Source: Armatimonadota bacterium (lineage in GTDB: Bacteria > Armatimonadota > UBA5829). Taken from it: a stretch of 64,000 nucleotides of DNA. Shown one piece after another: positions 1-8,332 of this stretch. The notes under the pieces were generated by a model. It ran no database searches. It saw only the letters and a list, made by a program, of their open reading frames with translations, and was not told the origin of the DNA. Every line of letters begins with the position of its first letter. Position 1 is the stretch's first letter. The position numbers and the translations under genes were made by a program. The stretch lies in the NCBI GenBank assembly GCA_012522575.1, contig JAAYKE010000071.1, positions 2,058 to 66,057 on the forward strand, read 5' to 3'.

Positions 1-888
1 TTTATGGAAAGTCGGCTCGAAGTGGCATTTTCTGACAATGCAGCCACGCATCCACTCCGGCGCAAGGGCGGCCATTTTATTGACTATCAGGTCGTAATCG
101 ATATCCGGCGCGCCCATAATCTCAAGCGCGGTAGTAGTGCCGCGGCCTTCGGAGAGGGTAGTCCCTTCGAGCAGCACCGTTCCGGGAAAACAACGTGCCA
201 TATTGAGGCTGGAGGCGTTTGGGCTTGGATTGATCCAGCTCAACTCCAACACCGGCCAGCCGTATCCCGGGGCTGCATCCGGGTCGTAGCCTGTCATTTG
301 AATGACGTTCAAGTCAACATCGAGACGCTTCAGCGCGACCCACCATTTCGCGATCTCCCCCGGTGTCATCCCGTGACGCATCAGCATCGGCCCTGCGCCT
401 ACGAAACTCTCCCATCCCGGCTCCAGAATCGTGCCTTCGGCGGGTCTGCCGGCAGGGTTTGGCCGATCGAGCACCCAGATGCTCTTATTATGAGCGGCGC
501 AGGCCTCGATCATATAGGTCAGCGTGGTGATAAATGTGTAGATGCGGGTTCCTATGTCCTGCAAATCCACCAGCAGAACATCAAACGTCTCCATCATCTC
601 ATCAGTCGGCCTGCGGACATCGCCGTAGAGGCTGAAGACGGGAATGCCGTAGCGCGCATCGACGAAATCATCGGACTCGACCATATTGTCCTGTTTATCG
701 CCGAGCATGCCGTGCTGAGGGCCGAACGCCGAGGTTACTTTGATCCCCGGACAGGCCATCAACACGTCCAGTGTATGCAGACAATCCCGCGTCACCGAGG
801 CCGGATGCCCCAAAACCGCCGTCCGCCGACCTTCCAGGGCCTTCCGCGCAGCCGAATTACGCAACAGTTCATCTATTCCCAGGTTCAT
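1..888 (-). CDS. namZ: DUF1343 / exo-beta-N-acetylmuramidase NamZ-like protein, 3' end runs off the window
   Basis: My translation of the minus strand from ATG 888 is MNLGIDELLRN...HPASVT...AFGPQHGMLGDKQDNM...PVFSLYGDVRRPT...DLQDIGTRIYTFITT...VLDRPNPAG...RHGMTPGEIA...PSPNA...EGRGTT, which carries the hallmark DUF1343 motifs. It is absent from the ORF track because there is no stop in the window. Confidence 0.85.
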   Translation of the reverse strand, partial: MNLGIDELLRNSAARKALEGRRTAVLGHPASVTRDCLHTLDVLMACPGIKVTSAFGPQHGMLGDKQDNMVESDDFVDARYGIPVFSLYGDVRRPTDEMMETFDVLLVDLQDIGTRIYTFITTLTYMIEACAAHNKSIWVLDRPNPAGRPAEGTILEPGWESFVGAGPMLMRHGMTPGEIAKWWVALKRLDVDLNVIQMTGYDPDAAPGYGWPVLELSWINPSPNASSLNMARCFPGTVLLEGTTLSEGRGTTTALEIMGAPDIDYDLIVNKMAALAPEWMRGCIVRKCHFEPTFHK

Positions 889-976
889 ACTGCCAACTTA
901 ACTATGATAAACCCAGGTTCCTGCTTTTTTCGGTTGTCGGTTGACGGTTCACGGTTGCCGGTTCTTATAAATAGAT

Positions 977-2844
977 AGGCGGCAATCTCCGGAGAATGTC
1001 TATTTATTTTTTAAAAACAGGCATGAATTTCCAGTATTGGTGTCGAAGTAGCAAGTGTAAGTAAACATTGGTTATGAGGAGGCACTGATGAGATTTCGCG
1101 GGGAGCAGTTAAGTTTTGTGATGTCGGACGCCTACGACCGATATGTGCCGCAGAGTCACTTTCTTCGAAAGGTAAACGCTGCGTTTGACTTCAGTTTTAT
1201 TGACGAGATGTGTGCTCATAAATATAAGTCGCAGCATGGTGGTCCGGGCCGCCCTGCCGAGCCTCCTCAGCGGATGTTCAGGCAACTATTGCTGATGTTT
1301 TTGTATCAGATAAAGTTCGAGCGTGAGTTGGAGAGGCGCGTCAACGATTCTTTTGCTTTTCGTTGGTTTTGTGGTTATGGTCTGGACGAGCCTGTTTCCA
1401 GCCATAAGACTATGTGGGCTTTCAGGGAGCGGATCGGCATTGATTTGTTCGACGAGATATTTGCCAGGCTTATTCATAAGTGCATTGAGCGTGATTTGGT
1501 AAATAAAAAGCGCTGGCACGTGGATGCTACGAAACAAGACGCTGCCGCGACAACTTTTTCGCAGTGGGAAGTCGCTGTTGTTTTGACTAAAGCTATGATG
1601 GAGCGTTTATCAAGTATGCAGAATGTGGAGCACAACACCAACGGCGAGCCTCCTGTCGAGATGGATCCTGAGATGAAGATGCTCGTCGCCAAAGCAGCAG
1701 TCAATGTATCCAAGTTGAAGAACGTGAGTGCTGCTCGCGTTTTGGCAAAAGCTGAGGGTCGGGTTTACGAGCCTGATGCCGACGAGGTTGCGCCGCCAGA
1801 TGATGATTCTGAACCTGATGTAGAGCGCGACGATGCTCAAATCAAGCACTTGGAGGCAACGGCTCGAGCCATCTGGTCTAAACATCCGCACGCCAAAGGT
1901 GATGTCGACGCACGTATCGGCAAGACGTCGATGTCTAAGAGCTTCTGTGGTTATTTGTCGACGGCGGTAGTCGATGAGAAGTATGGTATCATACTTGGCT
2001 GCGAGACTGTTGCAGGTAATGTCGACCAGGCTAAAACGTTTATGCCTGCTTATAACAAGTCCAAGCAGTTGGCAGGTAGTCCTGCCGAATTAGCTGCTGA
2101 CCGTGCTTTCGACATTTTGGATATTCGTGAGAATCTGGAGTCGGATAATGTGGTTGCATATATACCGATGGTTCGTCCTCATCTCACTGGCAACGTGATA
2201 GGTTCAGAGCACTTTAAGGTTACAGCGGTAGGGGATAATTTCGAGGTGATATGCCCTGGCGGGCATTTGATGAAGCAGGTTAAATGTGGCGGCGACGGGC
2301 TTAGGGTCTATCGTGGGACAGCTTGTCACGGTTGCTCTTTGAGTAGTAAATGTACGACTGCGAAGGATGGTGTTCGTGCGTTTGAGTTTCGTCAGAGGTT
2401 GCGTAAGTTTCAAGAGCAGCATTTTGAGCAGAAGAAGACTGCTGAGTATAAGCACGCATTAAAACGTCGTATGTCGACTATAGATCCAATTTTCGGGCAC
2501 GGCAAGACGTTTCATAATCTGGGCCAATGTATATACCGGAGCCTGCCGATGAACAAAATCCACTCGATTATGTCGTTTTTCGCGATAAATCTGGAGAAGT
2601 TAGTAAGGTATGCTCCTCAAGGGACTTAACAATTCGGGCAGGTTGCCAAACCACGCGATTCGGGGTTGGATTCGGCTACCCGCGAAGCCGATATTCGGGT
2701 TAAAATGAAACTGAGCAAGCAATTAAAGCACTTTTTGAGTGCCTCGTCGACTCGACTTTTCGTTAAAAACCGAAAAAAACGAACCGAAATCTAACGGGCG
2801 GCTATCCGGAGCTTTTGATAGACAGGCTCTCCGAATTGCCGCCT
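977..2844 (+). mobile_element. IS1182-family insertion sequence with imperfect terminal inverted repeats
   Basis: Left end is AGGCGGCAATCTCCGGAGAATGTCTAT (977-1003); the reverse complement of the right end (2818-2844) is AGGCGGCAATTCGGAGAGCCTGTCTAT, 20 of 27 identical. The ends enclose a single transposase ORF. No target-site duplication is seen. Confidence 0.8.
1088..2629 (+). CDS. IS1182-family DDE transposase
   Basis: N-terminal DUF772-like segment (VPQSHFLRKV..FDFSFI..GRPAEPPQRMFRQLLLMFLY..ERELERRVNDSFAFRWFCG), DDE region (VDAT, ADRAF), C-terminal Cys cluster and YKHALKRRMSTIDPIFG. Confidence 0.9.
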   Translation: MRFRGEQLSFVMSDAYDRYVPQSHFLRKVNAAFDFSFIDEMCAHKYKSQHGGPGRPAEPPQRMFRQLLLMFLYQIKFERELERRVNDSFAFRWFCGYGLDEPVSSHKTMWAFRERIGIDLFDEIFARLIHKCIERDLVNKKRWHVDATKQDAAATTFSQWEVAVVLTKAMMERLSSMQNVEHNTNGEPPVEMDPEMKMLVAKAAVNVSKLKNVSAARVLAKAEGRVYEPDADEVAPPDDDSEPDVERDDAQIKHLEATARAIWSKHPHAKGDVDARIGKTSMSKSFCGYLSTAVVDEKYGIILGCETVAGNVDQAKTFMPAYNKSKQLAGSPAELAADRAFDILDIRENLESDNVVAYIPMVRPHLTGNVIGSEHFKVTAVGDNFEVICPGGHLMKQVKCGGDGLRVYRGTACHGCSLSSKCTTAKDGVRAFEFRQRLRKFQEQHFEQKKTAEYKHALKRRMSTIDPIFGHGKTFHNLGQCIYRSLPMNKIHSIMSFFAINLEKLVRYAPQGT

Positions 2845-2848
2845 CCCC

Positions 2849-2876
2849 AACCTCTAACCTCTAACTTCCAACCTCC
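2849..2876. repeat. Heptamer short tandem repeat, (AACCTCT)n-like
   Basis: AACCTCT-AACCTCT-AACTTCC-AACCTCC; the same unit occurs in reverse at 61016-61048. Confidence 0.7.
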
Positions 2877-2881
2877 ATTTT

Positions 2882-2995
2882 TGTCATTTCGAGCATCGCG
2901 AGAAATCTGCTTTTTCCCTTCCCTATTCCGGGTTTCGCTTCTTTCGGGCTTTCGCGATTTACAGAAAATTAGAGTTCTCACTACGTTCGAAATGA
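2882..2995. repeat. Inverted pair of TGTC/CGTC-type REP-like palindromes
   Basis: TGTCATTTCGAGCATCGCGAGAAATCTGCTTTT (2882-2914) and a partial inverted copy TTCTCACTACGTTCGAAATGA (~2975-2995). Confidence 0.8.
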
Positions 2996-3041
2996 TATAA
3001 TTTGTGTGGCCAGGCATTCAAATCCGGCCATCGCAATTTAT

Positions 3042-4121
3042 TCAGAACTCCCTGTTTATCATAAAATGCGCCCACGATTCCAGCAGGGATTTATATTTTG
3101 AATCCGGGATTGCATCGAGTTCGGGCAGAGCGCGATCAATCTGCTCAAGCGCGAGTTCGGTTGTCTTTTGCACTCCCCCTAACGATACCATCATATCCGC
3201 AGCCGCGACCACATCGGCGGCGCTGGCCTCCCGGTTGCCTAAGACAGATAACAGAAACTTTCGCTGCTCGGCGTCCGCAGCCTGCAGGGAATGGAATACT
3301 ATTGTGGTTTTTTTGCCTTCCCGCACATCAGAGCCTATGGGCTTGCCTAGCTGCGATTCCTTGCCAAGCAGCCCTAAAATATCATCCTGCAACTGAAATG
3401 CCGTGCCGCATCTGCTCGCAAATGTAGAAAGCGCGACAACATAAGGATGTTTCGGATCCGCGCTGTCAAGCCCGATCATCGCACCCGCAAGCGCAGAAAA
3501 CTTATAAAGAACCCCGGTCTTCATCCATAGCATAGAGACGATATCATCCACGCTGAGCTGCTCGATTGGAGTCAGAGAGTATTGCACATCGCGCGTCTCA
3601 CCTTCGATAAGCGTGTTTACCACATAGCTTTCGAGATGATAGATAATATCCAGAACCACCCTTGGGTCTACGCCGCGCTGAGTGGCGCATTCGCAAAACA
3701 GGCTCACTGTCCAGCCGTGCTGTGAATCACCGGTCAATATCGCTATATCCCTGCCGTATTCTTCACTTTGCTCGGCATTATAACCAAGCGTATTCGCTGC
3801 ATAATCCGCCGCCATTTTATGGATAGTCGGGCCGCCGCGACGCAGGTCATCGTTGTCTATCAGGTCATCGTGCACGAGGGTCCACGTGTGAAACATCTCC
3901 ACTCCGGCGGCTGCAGGCAAGGCATTCTCTTCATCCCCTCCCACCGCTCCGCAAGACCAACGCAGCACCGACGGACGAAGCCTCTTGCCTGCTCTGTCCA
4001 GATAAGCGAAGATGGCGTCCTTCAGGTGCTCCGGCTGAAACCAGGCCTTGAAGCGAGGCTGATTGAAATATTGTGTGATGAGCCGTTCGCGCGCGCTCAG
4101 TTCTTGCATAAGATCAGGCAA
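3042..4121 (-). CDS. Polyprenyl diphosphate synthase (GGPP/FPP synthase family)
   Basis: GKRLRP, FARM LVHDDLIDNDDLRRG, KTG, SARM FQLQDDILG. Probable TTG start at 4121, 7 nt after a GGAGG. Confidence 0.92.
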   Translation of the reverse strand: MPDLMQELSARERLITQYFNQPRFKAWFQPEHLKDAIFAYLDRAGKRLRPSVLRWSCGAVGGDEENALPAAAGVEMFHTWTLVHDDLIDNDDLRRGGPTIHKMAADYAANTLGYNAEQSEEYGRDIAILTGDSQHGWTVSLFCECATQRGVDPRVVLDIIYHLESYVVNTLIEGETRDVQYSLTPIEQLSVDDIVSMLWMKTGVLYKFSALAGAMIGLDSADPKHPYVVALSTFASRCGTAFQLQDDILGLLGKESQLGKPIGSDVREGKKTTIVFHSLQAADAEQRKFLLSVLGNREASAADVVAAADMMVSLGGVQKTTELALEQIDRALPELDAIPDSKYKSLLESWAHFMINREF

Positions 4122-4366
4122 CAAAAAACCTCCGTAAATGCATACGATGCGGACATATACCCAAGGCAAAATCATACTCAAGCGCTGTGTTGATGTCAAA
4201 TTAATTTGCACCGGCGCGAGGGCTGCAGCCTAGTAAAAACGCCGATTTTGCGCTCTATAAAGTCACATGTCGGGAATCGACGGTTGATCCGGGACGGTTG
4301 TAAAGATATACTTGGTTGGATGTATTAACGCAGGAGTTTCGCAGGCGTATGTATAATGGTGATGAG

Positions 4367-4792
4367 ATGAGTCACGAACATCGGTTCGAGTTAATTGAAC
4401 ATACGGCGGATGTCGGGGTGATAGGCAAGGGCGCAACAATGGCCGAGGCGTTCGAAAATGCCGCCTATGGCATGTTTTCTGTTATGGCCGAATTGGATCG
4501 CTATAAGCCAACCAGACAACAGTCATTTACTGTGGTCGGAGCATACGATGTTGCCCTGCTGGAGCGCTTTTTGTCGTCTTTGCTGCTGATTTTTGATGCC
4601 GACAACCTGCTGCCGCTCGAGTTCGAGATAACCGAGATATCCATGAACCGGCTGACCTGCTGGGTGAGCACGCGCCCGGCAGATGACGAGGTGGAGTGGT
4701 TAGGTCCTACGATCAAAGCGGTGACAATGCACGAAATGTCGGTGCAATGCAAGGGCGGGCAGTGGGCTGCCAAGGCGATATTCGATGTATAG
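4367..4792 (+). CDS. Archease (SHS2 domain) family protein
   Basis: FELIEHTADVGVIGKGATMAEAFENAAYGMF at the N-terminus and IKAVTMHEMSV...AIFDV at the C-terminus, which are typical archease signatures. Confidence 0.88.
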   Translation: MSHEHRFELIEHTADVGVIGKGATMAEAFENAAYGMFSVMAELDRYKPTRQQSFTVVGAYDVALLERFLSSLLLIFDADNLLPLEFEITEISMNRLTCWVSTRPADDEVEWLGPTIKAVTMHEMSVQCKGGQWAAKAIFDV

Positions 4793-4825
4793 ACCCGGCA
4801 GAAATCTCCAATGGAGCGATATGAT

Positions 4826-5476
4826 ATGGAAAAAAATCTCAGCCCTAGACAGAGGCAGATTCTTCAGTTCATCATAAAACACACCGAGGCGCAGGGCTAT
4901 CCGCCGACGGTTCGCGAGATCGGAGAAGCGGTCAATCTGTCGTCAAGCTCTACGGTGCACGGACACCTGAAGACGTTGGAGCAGACCGGCTGGATTTGTC
5001 GGGAGGCGGTGTTGACCCGTGCGATCAGGGTGGTCGCGCCGGATAGATTGGGTGAGTTCGCTCAGGCCGAGCCGGATGGATCTGCCCGGACACCCGATAA
5101 CACTCTCCATCTGCCGCTCGTCGGCTCCGTGGCTGCCGGCAATCCATCGTTGGCGTTCGAGGACATTGAGGACACAATGCCTGTTTCCGGGGATTTGCTT
5201 GCCGGGGCTGAGGGGTTTTTGCTGCGCGTCAAAGGTGAGAGTATGATAGATGACGGCATAAAAAGCGGAGACTATGTAATTGTCAGGAAGCAGGCCGTTG
5301 CCAATAATGGCGATACTGTGGTGGCTATGGTGGACGACGAAGCTACGGTTAAAAGGTTCTATAAGGATAACGGAAAAATACGACTCCAGCCTGCGAATCG
5401 GTCGATGAAGCCGATGTTTTTCAATAAAGTGGAGATAATCGGCAGGGTGGTGGGATTGTTCAGAAAGATGCTGTAA
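4826..5476 (+). CDS. lexA: LexA SOS repressor
   Basis: wHTH LSPRQRQIL..GYPPTVREIGEAVNLSSSSTVHGHL, Ala-Gly cleavage site VAAG, catalytic Ser (GESM) and Lys (TVKR). Confidence 0.95.
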   Translation: MEKNLSPRQRQILQFIIKHTEAQGYPPTVREIGEAVNLSSSSTVHGHLKTLEQTGWICREAVLTRAIRVVAPDRLGEFAQAEPDGSARTPDNTLHLPLVGSVAAGNPSLAFEDIEDTMPVSGDLLAGAEGFLLRVKGESMIDDGIKSGDYVIVRKQAVANNGDTVVAMVDDEATVKRFYKDNGKIRLQPANRSMKPMFFNKVEIIGRVVGLFRKML

Positions 5477-5505
5477 TTCACTATAAGGAATGAGTGGAGG
5501 TTTTT

Positions 5506-5955
5506 GTGGCGGTAGTTAATAGTTCGGTTGAGATAAATGGCCCTATTGAAAGCGTGTATGAGCTGGCAAAAAATGTGGAGTCGTTCCCGGAGTTTATGCC
5601 GGATGTAAAAAGCGTCAAGATTCTGGAGCGCAGCGAGGATGGGAATCGGACAATAAGCGAATGGGTTGGAACGGTCAAAGAGTTCAAGATGAATATCAAG
5701 TGGACCGAGCAGGATATCTGGGACGAAGAAGCTCGAAGCTGCACCTTTTCGCTTATTAAAGGGGACTATTCCAAGTATGGCGGCAAATGGCAATTTGTCG
5801 ACCTTGGAGGCAAAACCAGGTTCGATTCGGAGATAGAGGTCGAATATAATGTGCCGATGATCGGCGCGCTGATCAAAGGGCTGATCGCAAAGAAGATGAA
5901 AGAGAACGTGGATAATATGCTGGCTGCGATCAAAAAGAAGGTGGAGGAGGGATAG
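5506..5955 (+). CDS. SRPBCC / START-like (polyketide cyclase/CoQ10/RatA-like) protein
   Basis: SVEINGPIESVYELAKNVESFPEFMPDVKSVKIL pattern; GTG start 5 nt after GGAGG. Confidence 0.8.
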   Translation: MAVVNSSVEINGPIESVYELAKNVESFPEFMPDVKSVKILERSEDGNRTISEWVGTVKEFKMNIKWTEQDIWDEEARSCTFSLIKGDYSKYGGKWQFVDLGGKTRFDSEIEVEYNVPMIGALIKGLIAKKMKENVDNMLAAIKKKVEEG

Positions 5956-6018
5956 CAGCCGGGCATAATAATCCGCCTAAGCCCTCATCATAGTAAAATT
6001 TGGGGGCTAAATTTTACT

Positions 6019-6714
6019 TTGAGGTGTGCATGCAAAGAGAAATGCAAGGGACATATTTTCCAGTTGGGGAGGTTCTCGGCGGAGGTCATTGCATTGAATA
6101 GAAGTGCCAATATAGCGTTCCATAAGATGTTGTATGAACCTGACTACGATGATCAGATCATCAATGGTTTGGAAAAGATTGCCGCGCAGCGCGTCTGGTG
6201 GGCGGTATATAACGCGTTGTTTGATTTTGATTTGGACAGCAAAGAGAAAGTGCGGAAGGCTCTCAGTAAGGCTCTTCACTGGGCGCTGCACATCGCTCAA
6301 AGTATAACGCAATTTAGTAATGCCAGTGATAGATATAGCCGGGAAGATGCCCTGGACAGACTATATCACCGCCCGTTTATAATGTTCGACACATACGATG
6401 AATCACACAGCCTCGTTACATCCGGGAGTTGGATGTGCTATGAGCGACCTGTGCCGCCGCCGCCGACCTTGGAGCATTTCGATAAATTGGCGACTGTGAT
6501 AGCAACGGAAGAGGGCAACAATTCAGGACGACCGGGCATGTCAGATGCGGAACGTGCCTTGAGAAGAGATGCGGCTGTTTATATGTTCCTTATTGAGTGG
6601 CTGGTCTCATCCCGTGAAAGAAATAAGCTGAAAGTGCGCGACGCATTCCTGTTCATCTGTTCGCTGGCGCTGCATATGAGTGCGAATGCGGCCCTTGTGA
6701 TGTGGGAAGTATAG
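6019..6714 (+). CDS. Hypothetical protein (no recognised family)
   Basis: 231-aa ORF that fills the intergenic space; the start codon is uncertain. Confidence 0.55.
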   Translation: MRCACKEKCKGHIFQLGRFSAEVIALNRSANIAFHKMLYEPDYDDQIINGLEKIAAQRVWWAVYNALFDFDLDSKEKVRKALSKALHWALHIAQSITQFSNASDRYSREDALDRLYHRPFIMFDTYDESHSLVTSGSWMCYERPVPPPPTLEHFDKLATVIATEEGNNSGRPGMSDAERALRRDAAVYMFLIEWLVSSRERNKLKVRDAFLFICSLALHMSANAALVMWEV

Positions 6715-6975
6715 GTCGGAGCCGATACCTGGAGATTACCAAGTCTCGGTTTTTGCATTCCGTCGGCAATCCCAAAACTGCCGGATGCAAAAGCTATGGC
6801 TCAAGGTGCGCCACACTTCAAAAAAAGCCGGGATAGCAAATGAGGGGCTAATGATGCTTGGTGATGGCCAACTCCTGCGGATGGTTCGGTAAAATTTTAT
6901 CTGTCTGCTGTCTTTTGGCTGTGTGTTGACGTGTCCATTTGTGTCCACTCATCACTTATAGCCCTGTTTTTGCGT

Positions 6976-7006
6976 ACAAAAAATGGCGGAGAGGCCGGGA
7001 TTCGAA
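6976..7006 (-). repeat. att-like direct repeat duplicating the 3' end of tRNA-Ser
   Basis: ACAAAAAATGGCGGAGAGGCCGGGATTCGAA is identical at 6976-7006 and 7903-7933 (31 bp). Confidence 0.9.
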
Positions 7007-7075
7007 ACGCCAAATTAAGGCATTTGAGGCCGGGCAAAACCCATATAGCTGCCTTAGAAACAGAGCTTGAACGCG

Positions 7076-7747
7076 CTAGGGAAATGCCTCATACGGTTTG
7101 ATCGGCACTTCTGGGGCGGCGCTTTTCGGAATGAAGCCTCGGTACGATTCACCTATACATCCGATGTATACTCCGAGATGAGAAGCTATAGAACTCTCTA
7201 GCTTATGTGCTGGACGCCCGTCCACCTCCACGCTAACCGTCGGGTCACTTATCTTACCATGCTCATCCATGATGGGACCACTGCAGGAATATCCCGAGTA
7301 TTGCTTCCGCACTTCTCCAACATACACATCGCCTTGATAGCGAACTACGAGCAGCACAGTGCCGTGCTGAATGTCCAAGAGATACTCGAAAATTGGATCT
7401 ACGAGTCTGAGATAGGGTCCTCTGCCTTCTTTTACAGGATACCAGTATACATTGATTGGGCTGGCGCCGCCACCGTCATCGGGCATCAACATCTCTCTGC
7501 TTTTGATACCCTTGATCTCTATACACACTTTCCGATCCCACTCAGAGACTAAGATCTTATTCAGCCTGGCCATGTAAACGACCGAACCAGAACCATCTGG
7601 CAGCGGAATCGTGCACCGCCTCCAGGTGATGAAGTCAGAAACCACCCATCCCGCGAAGAGTACGAGCAAAGCAACGGAAACCATGCACCCACAGAAGCAG
7701 CACTGACGCCGGCGCGTGCTCTGGTTCTGTGATTGGGTTATTGACAT
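7076..7747 (-). CDS. Hypothetical membrane-anchored protein inside the tRNA islet
   Basis: ORF with GGAGG upstream of ATG 7747; an N-terminal CCFCGC is followed by one hydrophobic helix (MVSVALLVLFAGWVV). Confidence 0.65.
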   Translation of the reverse strand: MSITQSQNQSTRRRQCCFCGCMVSVALLVLFAGWVVSDFITWRRCTIPLPDGSGSVVYMARLNKILVSEWDRKVCIEIKGIKSREMLMPDDGGGASPINVYWYPVKEGRGPYLRLVDPIFEYLLDIQHGTVLLVVRYQGDVYVGEVRKQYSGYSCSGPIMDEHGKISDPTVSVEVDGRPAHKLESSIASHLGVYIGCIGESYRGFIPKSAAPEVPIKPYEAFP

Positions 7748-7910
7748 GCCCATCCTCCATTGATGAACTGCATATGAGAGCTCAAGCTGTCTACCTCTTG
7801 TTCCAGCCACCGATAAGAGTAGCTGAGGGGTGATGTGTGCAAAATGTGTGCAGCAGCCTCACCTGATGGTTAGGCGGGGCTAATTTTGATCTCAAAAAGT
7901 GCACAAAAAA

Positions 7911-8003
7911 TGGCGGAGAGGCCGGGATTCGAACCCGGGGCCCGGTTTATCACCGAGCAATCACTTAGCAGGCGATCGCTTTCGACCACTCAGCCACCTC
8001 TCC
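7911..8003 (-). tRNA. tRNA-Ser(GCT)
   Basis: GGAGAGGTGGCTGAGTGGTCGAAAGCG-ATCGC-CTGCTAA-GTGAT-long variable arm-GGTTCGAATCC..CCTCTCCGCCA; anticodon GCT, encoded CCA, class II variable arm. Confidence 0.97.
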
Positions 8004-8013
8004 GCGCAAACAT

Positions 8014-8043
8014 ATTCTACCATGTCGGAATCAAATTGGGCAA
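8014..8043 (-). promoter_or_regulatory. Sigma70-type promoter of tRNA-Ser
   Basis: TTGCCC-N18-TAGAAT with an extended TG, ending about 10 nt upstream of the tRNA 5' end. Confidence 0.6.
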
Positions 8044-8332
8044 GGCTGAACTTCATCAGGCTGAACTTCATCACTCCTCCCTGTTTAGTTTCGCAACTCC
8101 GACGATGTTAATTATTGATTACCAGTAGCAGCTGTTCAGTGAAACTGAGAGAACAATACCACTGTCTTACTCATATCCTATCGCAAAACCCTCATTTACA
8201 ACAGCGCGTCTTGTGGGGGAGACAGCATAAGTCACCGCTAGAATATTTATCACCAACTGATAGGCGTGTACATTTATCTACTGTAGAGCCTGACATTAGC
8301 TGCCAGCCAACCACTCGGAAATCTGTAGGATA

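Noticed and set aside
4-978. 324-aa + strand ORF in the track
   Set aside because: It is the antisense shadow of the NamZ-like gene, whose minus-strand frame carries the conserved motifs.
4212-4366. LexA operator upstream of archease-lexA
   Set aside because: I found no GAAC-N4-GTTC or CTGT-N8-ACAG box; the lineage-specific box is unknown, so nothing is supportable.
6736-6948. 70-aa minus-strand ORF next to the att repeat
   Set aside because: It has no integrase or excisionase similarity and no convincing RBS.
8044-8073. 15-bp tandem duplication with an upstream GGAGGAG and a tiny ORF (MKFSLMKFSL...) running into the tRNA
   Set aside because: SD spacing is wrong for both ATGs and the ORF overlaps the tRNA; it is probably a slippage duplication upstream of the promoter.
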